Part shown: in pieces, positions 18,168 to 25,304 of the stretch
How positions within the stretch are numbered: the stretch's first letter is position 1
Layout of the letters: every line of letters starts with the position of its first letter
NCBI GenBank assembly: GCA_038230375.1
Contig: JBBRNJ010000108.1
Location: 1 to 25,304, forward strand
DNA length: 25,304 nucleotides
Direction of reading: 5' to 3'
DNA from: Polyangiales bacterium
GTDB taxonomy: Bacteria; Myxococcota_A; Polyangia; Polyangiales; Polyangiaceae
Made by a program: the position numbers and the translations under genes
Notes under the pieces: model-generated
The model's database searches: none
What the model saw: the letters and a program-made list of their open reading frames with translations, nothing else
What the model was told of the DNA's origin: nothing

Positions 18168-19120
18168 GGGATCAGTCCTTCGGCGACCAGCATGCTGTCT
18201 TCGACCAGCGCGTGGCCCGAGAGCGCATCGGCGACACGCTCGTAGGTCACCCGATAACGCACGACGCTACCAGTCTCTTCACGACCACGCGGGAGCGGCA
18301 GCCGGAGCTCGGTCCGTGGGCCGCCTGGGTTCGCGGGGGAGCCAGGGCGATTGTCTGCAGTCTGCACCTTCTTTTCGTGGGCAAGACCGAACGTGCGACC
18401 GACGATCGCGTCGGCGAAATCCAGGCGTTCGCCCGTGGGTCCGATGCGTTCGACCACGACGCGCAGCTGCCGGAACAGATCGCCCGTGGGGAACGCATGA
18501 CCGATATCCCCTTGCGAGAGCGACAGCGTCACCGCGCCGTCCGCCTCGCGTCGACCTGTGACGACCACGGCGCGCGCGAGCATCCTGGGGTCGCGGGAAG
18601 CAGCGAACGCGTGGCTCGCGCCGCCGTCTTTGTCCTTCTTCATGTGGCAGGTGGGGCAGGGGGTGTCGCGGTGCGGAGAGACCGCGTGCTCGGTGAAGGT
18701 GAGCTGCATCGCGTCGGTGCGCGCGGGAAACGCGAACTCGTGGCAAGGCGCGCATGTTGCGCTGCTGCTGGTGCTTGTGTGGGGGCGCGCGAAGGCGTCG
18801 GGTGTCTTTCCGTGGAACGTCGCGTGGCACGACGCGCAGCCAACGCCCGCGCCGTTGCCGTTCGGATCGTGGCAGCGCTCGCAGAAGCCTTTGTCCACCT
18901 CGCGCGCCAGGGACGCGACGTAGCTGGGGTCCGAGCGCGCGCGGCCATGAAGGCTCGCAGCGGACGCACGTGCGATCTCCGCGTGGCAGTCTCCGCACGC
19001 GCGCTCCGCCCCTGCGCCGCTCTTCGCCCTCGCGGTCGCCGATGGTGTTGCGCCGCCTTCGCATGCGAGGTTCATCGCAGCGAGCGCGAGGCTCAACGTC
19101 ACCATGCAACGGCTTTGCAT
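18164..19120 (-). CDS. Pentaheme c-type cytochrome lipoprotein, copy 2 (318 aa)
   Basis: ATG 19120 overlaps upstream TGA; signal ending NLAC; five CXXCH (CGDCH, CERCH, CASCH, CAPCH, CPTCH); GHAFPTGDLFR. Confidence 0.85.
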   Translation of the reverse strand: MQSRCMVTLSLALAAMNLACEGGATPSATARAKSGAGAERACGDCHAEIARASAASLHGRARSDPSYVASLAREVDKGFCERCHDPNGNGAGVGCASCHATFHGKTPDAFARPHTSTSSSATCAPCHEFAFPARTDAMQLTFTEHAVSPHRDTPCPTCHMKKDKDGGASHAFAASRDPRMLARAVVVTGRREADGAVTLSLSQGDIGHAFPTGDLFRQLRVVVERIGPTGERLDFADAIVGRTFGLAHEKKVQTADNRPGSPANPGGPRTELRLPLPRGREETGSVVRYRVTYERVADALSGHALVEDSMLVAEGLIP

Positions 19121-19503
19121 CAGTGCGTGGAGGCGTCGGCGTCCTCGGGCGGCAGGCACAGGTCCGCGCGCACACAGATTCCGAGGCCGGAGCCGTCGTA
19201 GCTACGGCTCGTGTCGCAGGCGAGGTTGTTCGTGCACCAGAAGGCCGCTGGGCCTCCGCACGCTCCGCCTTCGCCGCGCGGCATCTCGGGGCCGTTCGGC
19301 GTGGGCACGGGCAGCGGCGGTGGGGCTTTTCGGCATACGAGCCCGGCCTTGCACGTGTTGACGACCTTGGTGCCCACCGCGCACGTGTGCCCGATGTCGC
19401 CTGGTGGGAGCGTGGGTGCCGGGGTCTTCGGCGGTGGGTCGGCGCATGCCACGATCATCGTGATAACGGCGGCGGCAAACAGCGGGCTTCGCATGGCGTT
19501 CAT
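19120..19503 (-). CDS. Small Cys-rich lipoprotein (127 aa)
   Basis: 3' part of ORF 19120..20805; ATG 19503 overlaps the helicase TGA (ATGA); MNAMRSPLFAAAVITMIVAC; two G-x-x-C…C-x-x-x-L-x-C modules. Confidence 0.75.
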   Translation of the reverse strand: MNAMRSPLFAAAVITMIVACADPPPKTPAPTLPPGDIGHTCAVGTKVVNTCKAGLVCRKAPPPLPVPTPNGPEMPRGEGGACGGPAAFWCTNNLACDTSRSYDGSGLGICVRADLCLPPEDADASTH

Positions 19504-21566
19504 TTTCCCAGGTTCTCGAGCATCGCGAGGATGTTCGTCGCGGCCTCCGCGGCGTGTTCCATGGATGCGCCCTCCACGCTCTTCACCTCGTAGGTGTTGA
19601 GCAGCTCCTCCGGCAGCTCCGCAAGGAAGCGGCTTGGCGTGCGAGGAATGGGCTTTCCGCGCTGCAGCCTGTACTTCGCGCGCGAGATGATGAGGCGCTT
19701 CCGCGCGCGCGTCACACCCACGTAAAAGAGCCGACGCTCCTCCTCGATGTCCTGCGAGGTGGCGTCCGTGGCCTTCGCTTCGAGCGTGCGGTTGTGCGGC
19801 AGGAGCCCTTCCTCGCAGCCCACCAGGTACACGATGTCGAACTCCAGACCCTTGGAGCCATGCAGCGTGGAGAGCGTCACGCGGTCTACCACCGCCTCCT
19901 CTTCGTCGTCGAAGTTGAGGGTGAGGGCGTGCAGGAAGCCGGCAAGGTCCGCCTCGTGTGCGGCGTCGCTGCCCTTCTTCGTGACGCGATCCTCGCGGTT
20001 CTTGAACGTGCGGAGGATGGCCTCCACGTTGCCCCAGCGACGCGCGGCCGCGGGCGCGCCACCGGAGGACACCTCCAGGTCCTTCTTGATGCCCGCCTTC
20101 TCCGTGAGCTCGCGCGCGACCACGCTCGCGTGAACGCGATCGACGAGCAGCCGCTTGCGCGTGTCCGCCATCAGCTTCTCGAACGACTTGCAGCCCTCGC
20201 GTGCGGCAGCGGGCACGTCCGTCAGTGCGTCCACGCGCTCCACGGTCTGCCAGAGCGACCAGCCCTTCGCGAGCGCGTGAAGACCAAGGCGCTCCACGCT
20301 TGTCTCGCCAATGCCGCGTGGCGGATAGTTGAGAACGCGGCGCAGGCTGATCTCGTCCTGACGATTGAGCGCGAGCTTCAGGTAGGCAAGGACGTCCTTC
20401 ACCTCCTTGCGCTCGAAGAACTGCTGACCGCCCACGACCTTGTGCGGGATGCCGTGCTCGCGCAGCGCCTCCTCGAGCAGCTTTGCTTGCCCGTTCGACC
20501 GATAGAGCACCGCCATGTCGCGCGGGCGTCGGCCCTCGTCGATCATGCACGCCTTCAGGCCCTTCGCCACGAAGAGCGCCTCTGCCTCGGGCGTTGGCGC
20601 GATGCCCACCTGGACGATCTCGCCGCCTGGCTGATCGGTGAAGAGGGTCTTCTGGTGGCGCCCGTCCGTGCGCACGGACACCACGGCATTCGCGACGGCG
20701 AGGATGGGCGCGGTGGAGCGGTAGTTCTGCTCCAGCTTCACGATCTTCGCGCCGGGGAAGTGGTGCGCGAACTCGAGGATGTTCTTCACGTCGGCGCCGC
20801 GCCACGCGTAGATGGATTGGTCGTCGTCACCGACGACGCAGAGGTTCTTGTGCTCGTCGGCGAGGAGGCGCAGGAGCGCGAGCTGCGAGCCGTTCGTGTC
20901 CTGGTACTCGTCCACGAGCAGGTAGCGGAAGCTCTCCTTCCAGCGCTTCAGCACCTCCGGCTTCTCGCCCCAGAGGCGGCCGACCTGGCACACGAGATCG
21001 TCGAAGTCGAACGCGCGGAAGTTCCGGAGCGCCGCCTCGTAGCGTGGGTAGACGACCTTCGTGATGTCGTCGTACTCGTCGCCTTCGCGCTCGCGATAAT
21101 CCTCTGGTGTCATGAACGCGTTCTTCGCGTTGGAGATGCGCGCGAGGATGGCGCTGGCGTCGTAATTGCGGTCGCCGTCGCGCTCCACGCGCTGAAGGAT
21201 GTCCTTCACGCACGCGAGCTGGTCGCCCTGATCGAAGATCGTGAAGGTGCCGCCCAGGGCCTTGCGCTCGCGCGAGAGCACCTGAAGCCCGAACGCGTGG
21301 AACGTGCAGATGGTGATCCCTTTGGCGCTGCCCTTGTTTCCGCGCTCCTTCATCACGTGGTGCACGCGCTCGGCCATCTCGCCGGCGGCCTTGTTCGTGA
21401 ACGTGAGCGCCAGGATCGCCTTCGCGGGAACACCGCGCTCGATCAGGCGGGCGATACGATGCGTGATCACGCGCGTCTTCCCGGAGCCCGCCCCCGCGAG
21501 CACCAGCAACGGGCCGTGCATGTGCTCCACAGCGGCGTGCTGGGCTGGGTTGAGCGGGGGCGGCAT
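19500..21566 (-). CDS. ATP-dependent DNA helicase, SF1A Rep/UvrD/PcrA family (688 aa; Rep-like length and tail)
   Basis: LNPAQ, AGAGSGKT, LTFTNKAA, LVDEYQD, VGDDDQSIYAWRGA, LEQNYRS, TLHGSKGLEF, EERRLFYVGVTRA; no evident C-terminal Tudor extension. Confidence 0.95.
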   Translation of the reverse strand: MPPPLNPAQHAAVEHMHGPLLVLAGAGSGKTRVITHRIARLIERGVPAKAILALTFTNKAAGEMAERVHHVMKERGNKGSAKGITICTFHAFGLQVLSRERKALGGTFTIFDQGDQLACVKDILQRVERDGDRNYDASAILARISNAKNAFMTPEDYREREGDEYDDITKVVYPRYEAALRNFRAFDFDDLVCQVGRLWGEKPEVLKRWKESFRYLLVDEYQDTNGSQLALLRLLADEHKNLCVVGDDDQSIYAWRGADVKNILEFAHHFPGAKIVKLEQNYRSTAPILAVANAVVSVRTDGRHQKTLFTDQPGGEIVQVGIAPTPEAEALFVAKGLKACMIDEGRRPRDMAVLYRSNGQAKLLEEALREHGIPHKVVGGQQFFERKEVKDVLAYLKLALNRQDEISLRRVLNYPPRGIGETSVERLGLHALAKGWSLWQTVERVDALTDVPAAAREGCKSFEKLMADTRKRLLVDRVHASVVARELTEKAGIKKDLEVSSGGAPAAARRWGNVEAILRTFKNREDRVTKKGSDAAHEADLAGFLHALTLNFDDEEEAVVDRVTLSTLHGSKGLEFDIVYLVGCEEGLLPHNRTLEAKATDATSQDIEEERRLFYVGVTRARKRLIISRAKYRLQRGKPIPRTPSRFLAELPEELLNTYEVKSVEGASMEHAAEAATNILAMLENLGK

Positions 21567-21629
21567 CTACGTTTCGAGTGTAGTTAGTCGTCTCGTCGCA
21601 ACACATCAATCGTGTATGCTGCCCCGACC

Positions 21630-23570
21630 ATGAAACGAGGCTTTCTCCTCTCCTCCACGACGTTGATCATGATCGCCGCCAGCGCTGCTTGCGGTCCGCC
21701 GCCGGCCCCGCCCGTGCCGCCGAAGCCGGTGGTCGTCGAGAAGCCGATCGCGGTCGAGAAGCCCGTCGACCTGTCGCCCGTGCCGGCGCCAGAGCGCATC
21801 ATCTTCGTCGCGCAGATTCGCAAGCCCAACGACATCAAGAAGACGATCACCGACTGGACGCGCTTCCCGCTTCCGGGCGGCGAGCCACTCGCGGAGGCCG
21901 CGCTCGGCAAGCCCGTCGGCGACATCGTTGACATGGACCAGCCCATCCGCGCCGTCGGCACGATCACCGGCAGTGGCAAGAAGGCGAAGCCCACGTTCGT
22001 CGGCTCCATCCCGCTCGTCGGGTTCGATCAGGCGAAGCGTCAGATCGAGGGCGTTTACAGCCTGTCCTCCGTGGACAACGGTGACTTCCAGATCAACGGC
22101 GTGGAGGACGGCGACGCGACCGACCCCGAGGATCGTCGCACGTGCTTCCTCGCGCACTCGGCCGGTCCGTCGCACGCCGCGCTGGTGTGCGGCATGGGCC
22201 CCGACACGCAGAAGCTGCTCCCGTACCTGGTGCGCACTGCCGTGAAGGACGTGCCCGAGAAGGACGTGCATGTCGAGCTGCGTCTCGGCCCCGCACGCGA
22301 CGAGCTCCGCCTCGCCATGACCATGCTCCCGGCGGCCTTCGCAGCGTTCGGCAGCAGCAACCCCGCCATGGCGGAGATGATGGAAGCGGGCGCGTCCGAC
22401 CTTGGGGACTTCGTGATCGACGTGGACAAGCTCACGCTCGACGCCAACTTCGGTGACAAGGCGCTGCAGGCGGATTTCGCGACGTCGTTCGACTCGCGCC
22501 GCGCGCTCATGACGCAGATCGGCCTGTCCCACGCGGACAAGAACGGCGCGCCGCCGCCCGCGCTGTGGCACCTGCCCAGCGACACGGACTTCGCGGTGTG
22601 GGGCAGCGGCGTGGACGGCAAGATGATCGAGCATCCGAAGGATCTCGTGATGCGTGCGATCGCGCAGGCCGCGAAGGACGAGAAGATGTCCGACGCCGAC
22701 AACAAGGCAATCTCGGACGCGCTGGGCCACACGCTCTCGCTCACCGCTTCGCCCACGCTCTACGCGAAGGGCTACGACGAGAACGGCATCAAGGCGGCGC
22801 TCGAGAAGGAGCGCGAAATCTCTGCGCTCCCGCGCGAGACCATCTCGCAGGCGATCGGCTGGCACCTCTGGCGCATCGAGGAGCCCATGGCGAAGGTGGG
22901 TCCCGCGACCAAGGAGTGGGTCTCCGCGTGGGGTCGCCCCGGCTTCCAGAAGTGGGCGAAGGAGCACATCTCGAAGAACCACCTTGCCACGCTCAAGGTC
23001 ACGCCCGTCGCGCCCGCGCTGAAGCTCCCGAAGGACACCATCCACATCGAGATAAGCCTCCCCATCGACGAGCCCTCGGGTCCGCCGGTCACACCGCCCA
23101 TGGCGCCGCGCGCGAAAGGTGACAAGCCGCCGAAGCCCCTCGACATCAAGCCGGTGAAGCAGGCGCCGCAGAAGCCCGTCGTCGTCCACGTGTTCGTCGT
23201 GCCCGATGCGGGCGCATCGACGATCGCGATCGGCCTGGACGACAAACTCATCGCGCAGAAGGCGCTCACGTCGCTCTCCACGTCTCCAGACAACGAGACG
23301 CTGAAGGGTCGTCAGGGCTACGACGCCCTGCGCGAGCTCCGCGCGAGCGCCGGCGGCTTCGTCACCATGCACGCCGTCGTGGGCGCCGCGAAGATGGGCG
23401 ACGATCCCACCCGCAAGCTCGCGGGCCTCTCGAACAACGCGCGCACGCCCATCGTCTTCACGTTTGCGTCGGCCGGTCCCAACGCGACGGCGAAGGAAGG
23501 CGCGATGACCACGTCTGTCCGCATCCCGAAGGACTTCATTCTGGACATCATGAAGATGGGCATGCGCTAG
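21630..23570 (+). CDS. Hypothetical lipoprotein (646 aa)
   Basis: ATG 21630, MKRGFLLSSTTLIMIAASAAC followed by a Pro-rich linker; strong G/C third-position bias. Confidence 0.8.
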   Translation: MKRGFLLSSTTLIMIAASAACGPPPAPPVPPKPVVVEKPIAVEKPVDLSPVPAPERIIFVAQIRKPNDIKKTITDWTRFPLPGGEPLAEAALGKPVGDIVDMDQPIRAVGTITGSGKKAKPTFVGSIPLVGFDQAKRQIEGVYSLSSVDNGDFQINGVEDGDATDPEDRRTCFLAHSAGPSHAALVCGMGPDTQKLLPYLVRTAVKDVPEKDVHVELRLGPARDELRLAMTMLPAAFAAFGSSNPAMAEMMEAGASDLGDFVIDVDKLTLDANFGDKALQADFATSFDSRRALMTQIGLSHADKNGAPPPALWHLPSDTDFAVWGSGVDGKMIEHPKDLVMRAIAQAAKDEKMSDADNKAISDALGHTLSLTASPTLYAKGYDENGIKAALEKEREISALPRETISQAIGWHLWRIEEPMAKVGPATKEWVSAWGRPGFQKWAKEHISKNHLATLKVTPVAPALKLPKDTIHIEISLPIDEPSGPPVTPPMAPRAKGDKPPKPLDIKPVKQAPQKPVVVHVFVVPDAGASTIAIGLDDKLIAQKALTSLSTSPDNETLKGRQGYDALRELRASAGGFVTMHAVVGAAKMGDDPTRKLAGLSNNARTPIVFTFASAGPNATAKEGAMTTSVRIPKDFILDIMKMGMR

Positions 23571-23647
23571 ACGCCGCAGCTGCTTTCGCAGATGGCTTCT
23601 CTGCTCGGTATTTGCCGGTCCATCCATGCGCTCGGTACGCTGTGGGG

Positions 23648-24025
23648 ATGAGCCATGTGAGATGTGTCGGGGCTGTCTCGCGTCGTGCCTCGCGTCACCA
23701 GGTCGTGTACGAGTGCAACGTGGTCCGCGAGCGTGACGGCGAGGGGATCGCTGGCGTCGCGATCGACTTCTCGATCGGCGGCATGCTCGCCGTGACGCGG
23801 TCGCGCGTCCTCACCGGCGAGCCCGTGCGCGTGATGTTTCGTACACCGGTGACGGGCAGGTGGCTGACCCTGCATGGCACCGTCGCGCGCGTCCTCCACG
23901 GACGGCGGCCGAGCGATCGCGGGCGACGCCGCCTGGGCATCGAGTTCGACGCGCCCACCGCGAGCGACTTCGCGCGCCTCCACGAAGCGAACGAACGGCT
24001 CGACGTGACTCCGTTCTGGGCCTGA
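23648..24025 (+). CDS. Single-domain PilZ protein (c-di-GMP receptor)
   Basis: RRASR (RxxxR), DFSIGG (DxSxxG), GEPV, GTVARV, LGIEF; start uncertain. Confidence 0.85.
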   Translation: MSHVRCVGAVSRRASRHQVVYECNVVRERDGEGIAGVAIDFSIGGMLAVTRSRVLTGEPVRVMFRTPVTGRWLTLHGTVARVLHGRRPSDRGRRRLGIEFDAPTASDFARLHEANERLDVTPFWA

Positions 24026-24166
24026 GCACACTCCGATCACGACGCTCGGCTCACACATAGATGTGCTGCCTGTCGCCTGGTCCATCAGCGATCCACCCGC
24101 GGTACCAGACCCGCACTTCCTTCGCGTGATTCCAGACGCTTGAGTGCGCGCGCACGATGTGCGCTC

Positions 24167-24183
24167 GGGGCACGGTCCGTGCT
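24167..24183 (+). promoter_or_regulatory. Candidate sigma-54 promoter for the diheme cytochrome gene
   Basis: GGGGCACGGTCCGTGCT = GGCACG-N4-GTGC, GG-N10-GC spacing, about 14 bp before ATG 24197. Confidence 0.45.
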
Positions 24184-24196
24184 CCAGCGCGGCCAC

Positions 24197-24886
24197 ATGC
24201 AGCGCCTCCGAATCCTTGCGATCACCATCGCGGCGCTCAGCGCCATCGGCGGAGTCGTCGCGTGCTCGGACGGCGAAGCGGGCATGTTCCCTGGCTACTC
24301 GCCGTACTCGTACGGGCAGGAAAAGAACGGCACGGACCCCGCGGATGCCTCCGCGCACGACGGGAGCATGAAGCCATCTGCCACGAGCGACGCATCGAGC
24401 GACGCGAGCCACACCGACGCGAGCCACGATGCAGGTGACGGCGGTGACGGCGGACCGCCCCCCAACGCGTTCACGGACGCAGGCACCTTCGCACCCGACG
24501 CAGGCGAGCTCACCGAGCGACCGAACCACAACTTCGCCGGCAACACGCCGACCACCAGCCCCGCGAAGCAAGCATGCCTCGACTGCCACAAGAACGGCGG
24601 CGCCGCGATGGCCTTCGCATTCGGCGGCACCGTGTTCGCGGACGACGCCGGCACCACGCCCGCGCCAGGCGTCGAGATCCGCTTGCGCAACGACAATGGC
24701 ACGTTCACGAGCGTCTACAGCGACGTGCACGGCAACTTCTTCGCGCGCACCTCCGCCGCAACCTTCCCGGCAAAGACGGGCGCCCGAACCGCAGCCAGCA
24801 CGGCGATCATGGTGGACGCGGTCGCCGGCGGGAACTGCAACACGTGCCACAACGGCGCAGCGCAGGCGTTCATCCACGTGCCTTGA
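24197..24886 (+). CDS. Diheme c-type cytochrome lipoprotein with intervening beta-sandwich (carboxypeptidase-regulatory-like) segment (229 aa)
   Basis: ATG 24197, lipobox VVAC-S, DAS/DAG linker, CLDCH and CNTCH, FGGTVF…GVEIR…SDVHGNFF. Confidence 0.8.
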   Translation: MQRLRILAITIAALSAIGGVVACSDGEAGMFPGYSPYSYGQEKNGTDPADASAHDGSMKPSATSDASSDASHTDASHDAGDGGDGGPPPNAFTDAGTFAPDAGELTERPNHNFAGNTPTTSPAKQACLDCHKNGGAAMAFAFGGTVFADDAGTTPAPGVEIRLRNDNGTFTSVYSDVHGNFFARTSAATFPAKTGARTAASTAIMVDAVAGGNCNTCHNGAAQAFIHVP

Positions 24887-24968
24887 GCGTGCGCGGGCAC
24901 CGGTGCTTCACCGCGCGCGAGAGGGGGACGCGGTGCCCGGCGCCGGCGGGCCCCCCTCCCGACTCGCA
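24852..24968 (+). repeat. Direct repeat copy 1 (117 bp visible), includes the last 35 nt of the cytochrome gene
   Basis: Matches 25188..25304 at 116/117 positions; offset 336 bp. Confidence 0.95.
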
Positions 24969-25105
24969 CGTCGTTCCACGCCGGTGAATGAGGCGTTTGG
25001 GGTGGGCGGTTGGGTTGGGTTGCTGGATGAGCGCGCGAGAACGCCGCCGCTCGGCAGGGGGATAGCTCCCACCGGCGCCGGGCACCGCATCCCCCTCCCG
25101 CGCGC
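24913..25105. repeat. REP/REPIN-like inverted pair of GC-rich palindromic units
   Basis: 24913..24950 matches the reverse complement of 25068..25105 at 35/38; further pairing of 24952..24962 with 25051..25061; each unit contains CCGGCGCCGG. Confidence 0.8.
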
Positions 25106-25187
25106 TGAGCTCTGTGCGGAAAGCGGATTTGAAAACATGGTTTGTGCATGTCATCGAGTTCGAGCGCACTCGCCCCGCTTGCGCTGC

Positions 25188-25304
25188 ACGGCGCAGCGCA
25201 AGCGTTCATCCACGTGCCTTGAGCGTGCGCGGGCACCGGTGCTTCACCGCGCGCGAGAGGGGGACGCGGTGCCCGGCGCCGGCGGGCCCCCCTCCCGACT
25301 CGCA
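25188..25304 (+). repeat. Direct repeat copy 2, truncated by the window end
   Basis: Identical to 24852..24968 except G24865 to A25201. Confidence 0.95.

Noticed and set aside
19500..21566. Helicase as part of an anti-phage system such as Gabija
   Set aside because: Full-length housekeeping-type SF1A helicase; no OLD/TOPRIM nuclease or other defence gene adjacent
182..23627. Long antisense or off-frame ORFs (182..1885, 4347..5759, 4811..6481, 14661..17513, 19554..21587, 21606..23627 and others)
   Set aside because: Shadow ORFs typical of high-GC DNA: Arg/His/Ala-rich, no motifs, fully overlapping better-supported genes
24380..24452. Short direct repeats (GACGCGAGCCAC, GGTGACGGC)
   Set aside because: Encode a low-complexity DAS/DGG lipoprotein linker; ordinary
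24715..25236. Minus-strand ORF with repeated peptide PAHAQGTWMNACAAP, and a 24-aa plus-strand ORF at 25148..25222
   Set aside because: By-products of the DNA duplication; no RBS or coding signature
24852..25304. CRISPR array
   Set aside because: Repeat is over 100 bp, units alternate in orientation, no short unique spacers and no cas genes

Overview
High-GC bacterial chromosomal segment. The many lipoproteins with Asp/Ala/Gly-rich 'DAG' linkers and Cys-rich repeats suggest a myxobacterium of the Polyangiaceae/Labilithrix type (inference). It holds about 21 intact CDSs, one partial CDS and one pseudogene; I saw no rRNA, tRNA, transposase or CRISPR. Recognisable genes: a Tat-exported DUF362 protein, an orphan REC+LuxR response regulator, YceI, a Phi-1/EXORDIUM-like lipoprotein, a tandem SnoaL-like lipoprotein, a RomA/NAPE-PLD-like MBL hydrolase, a clan GH-A-like lipoprotein, a 14-blade Asp-box propeller lipoprotein, an AI-2E transporter, a Rep/UvrD helicase, a PilZ protein and a diheme cytochrome c lipoprotein. 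Highlights: (1) two diverged copies of an uncharacterised two-gene module, a pentaheme cytochrome c lipoprotein translationally coupled to a ~585-aa partner lipoprotein, with gene order swapped between copies; (2) one copy sits in an overlap-coupled operon behind the helicase; (3) a REP/REPIN-like mosaic at the 3' end with a 117-bp duplication whose junction lies in a perfect hairpin; (4) a collapsed AttH/CrtC-like pseudogene; (5) a probable CTG-initiated HEXXH lipoprotein. All family calls come from motifs read by eye, not database searches.
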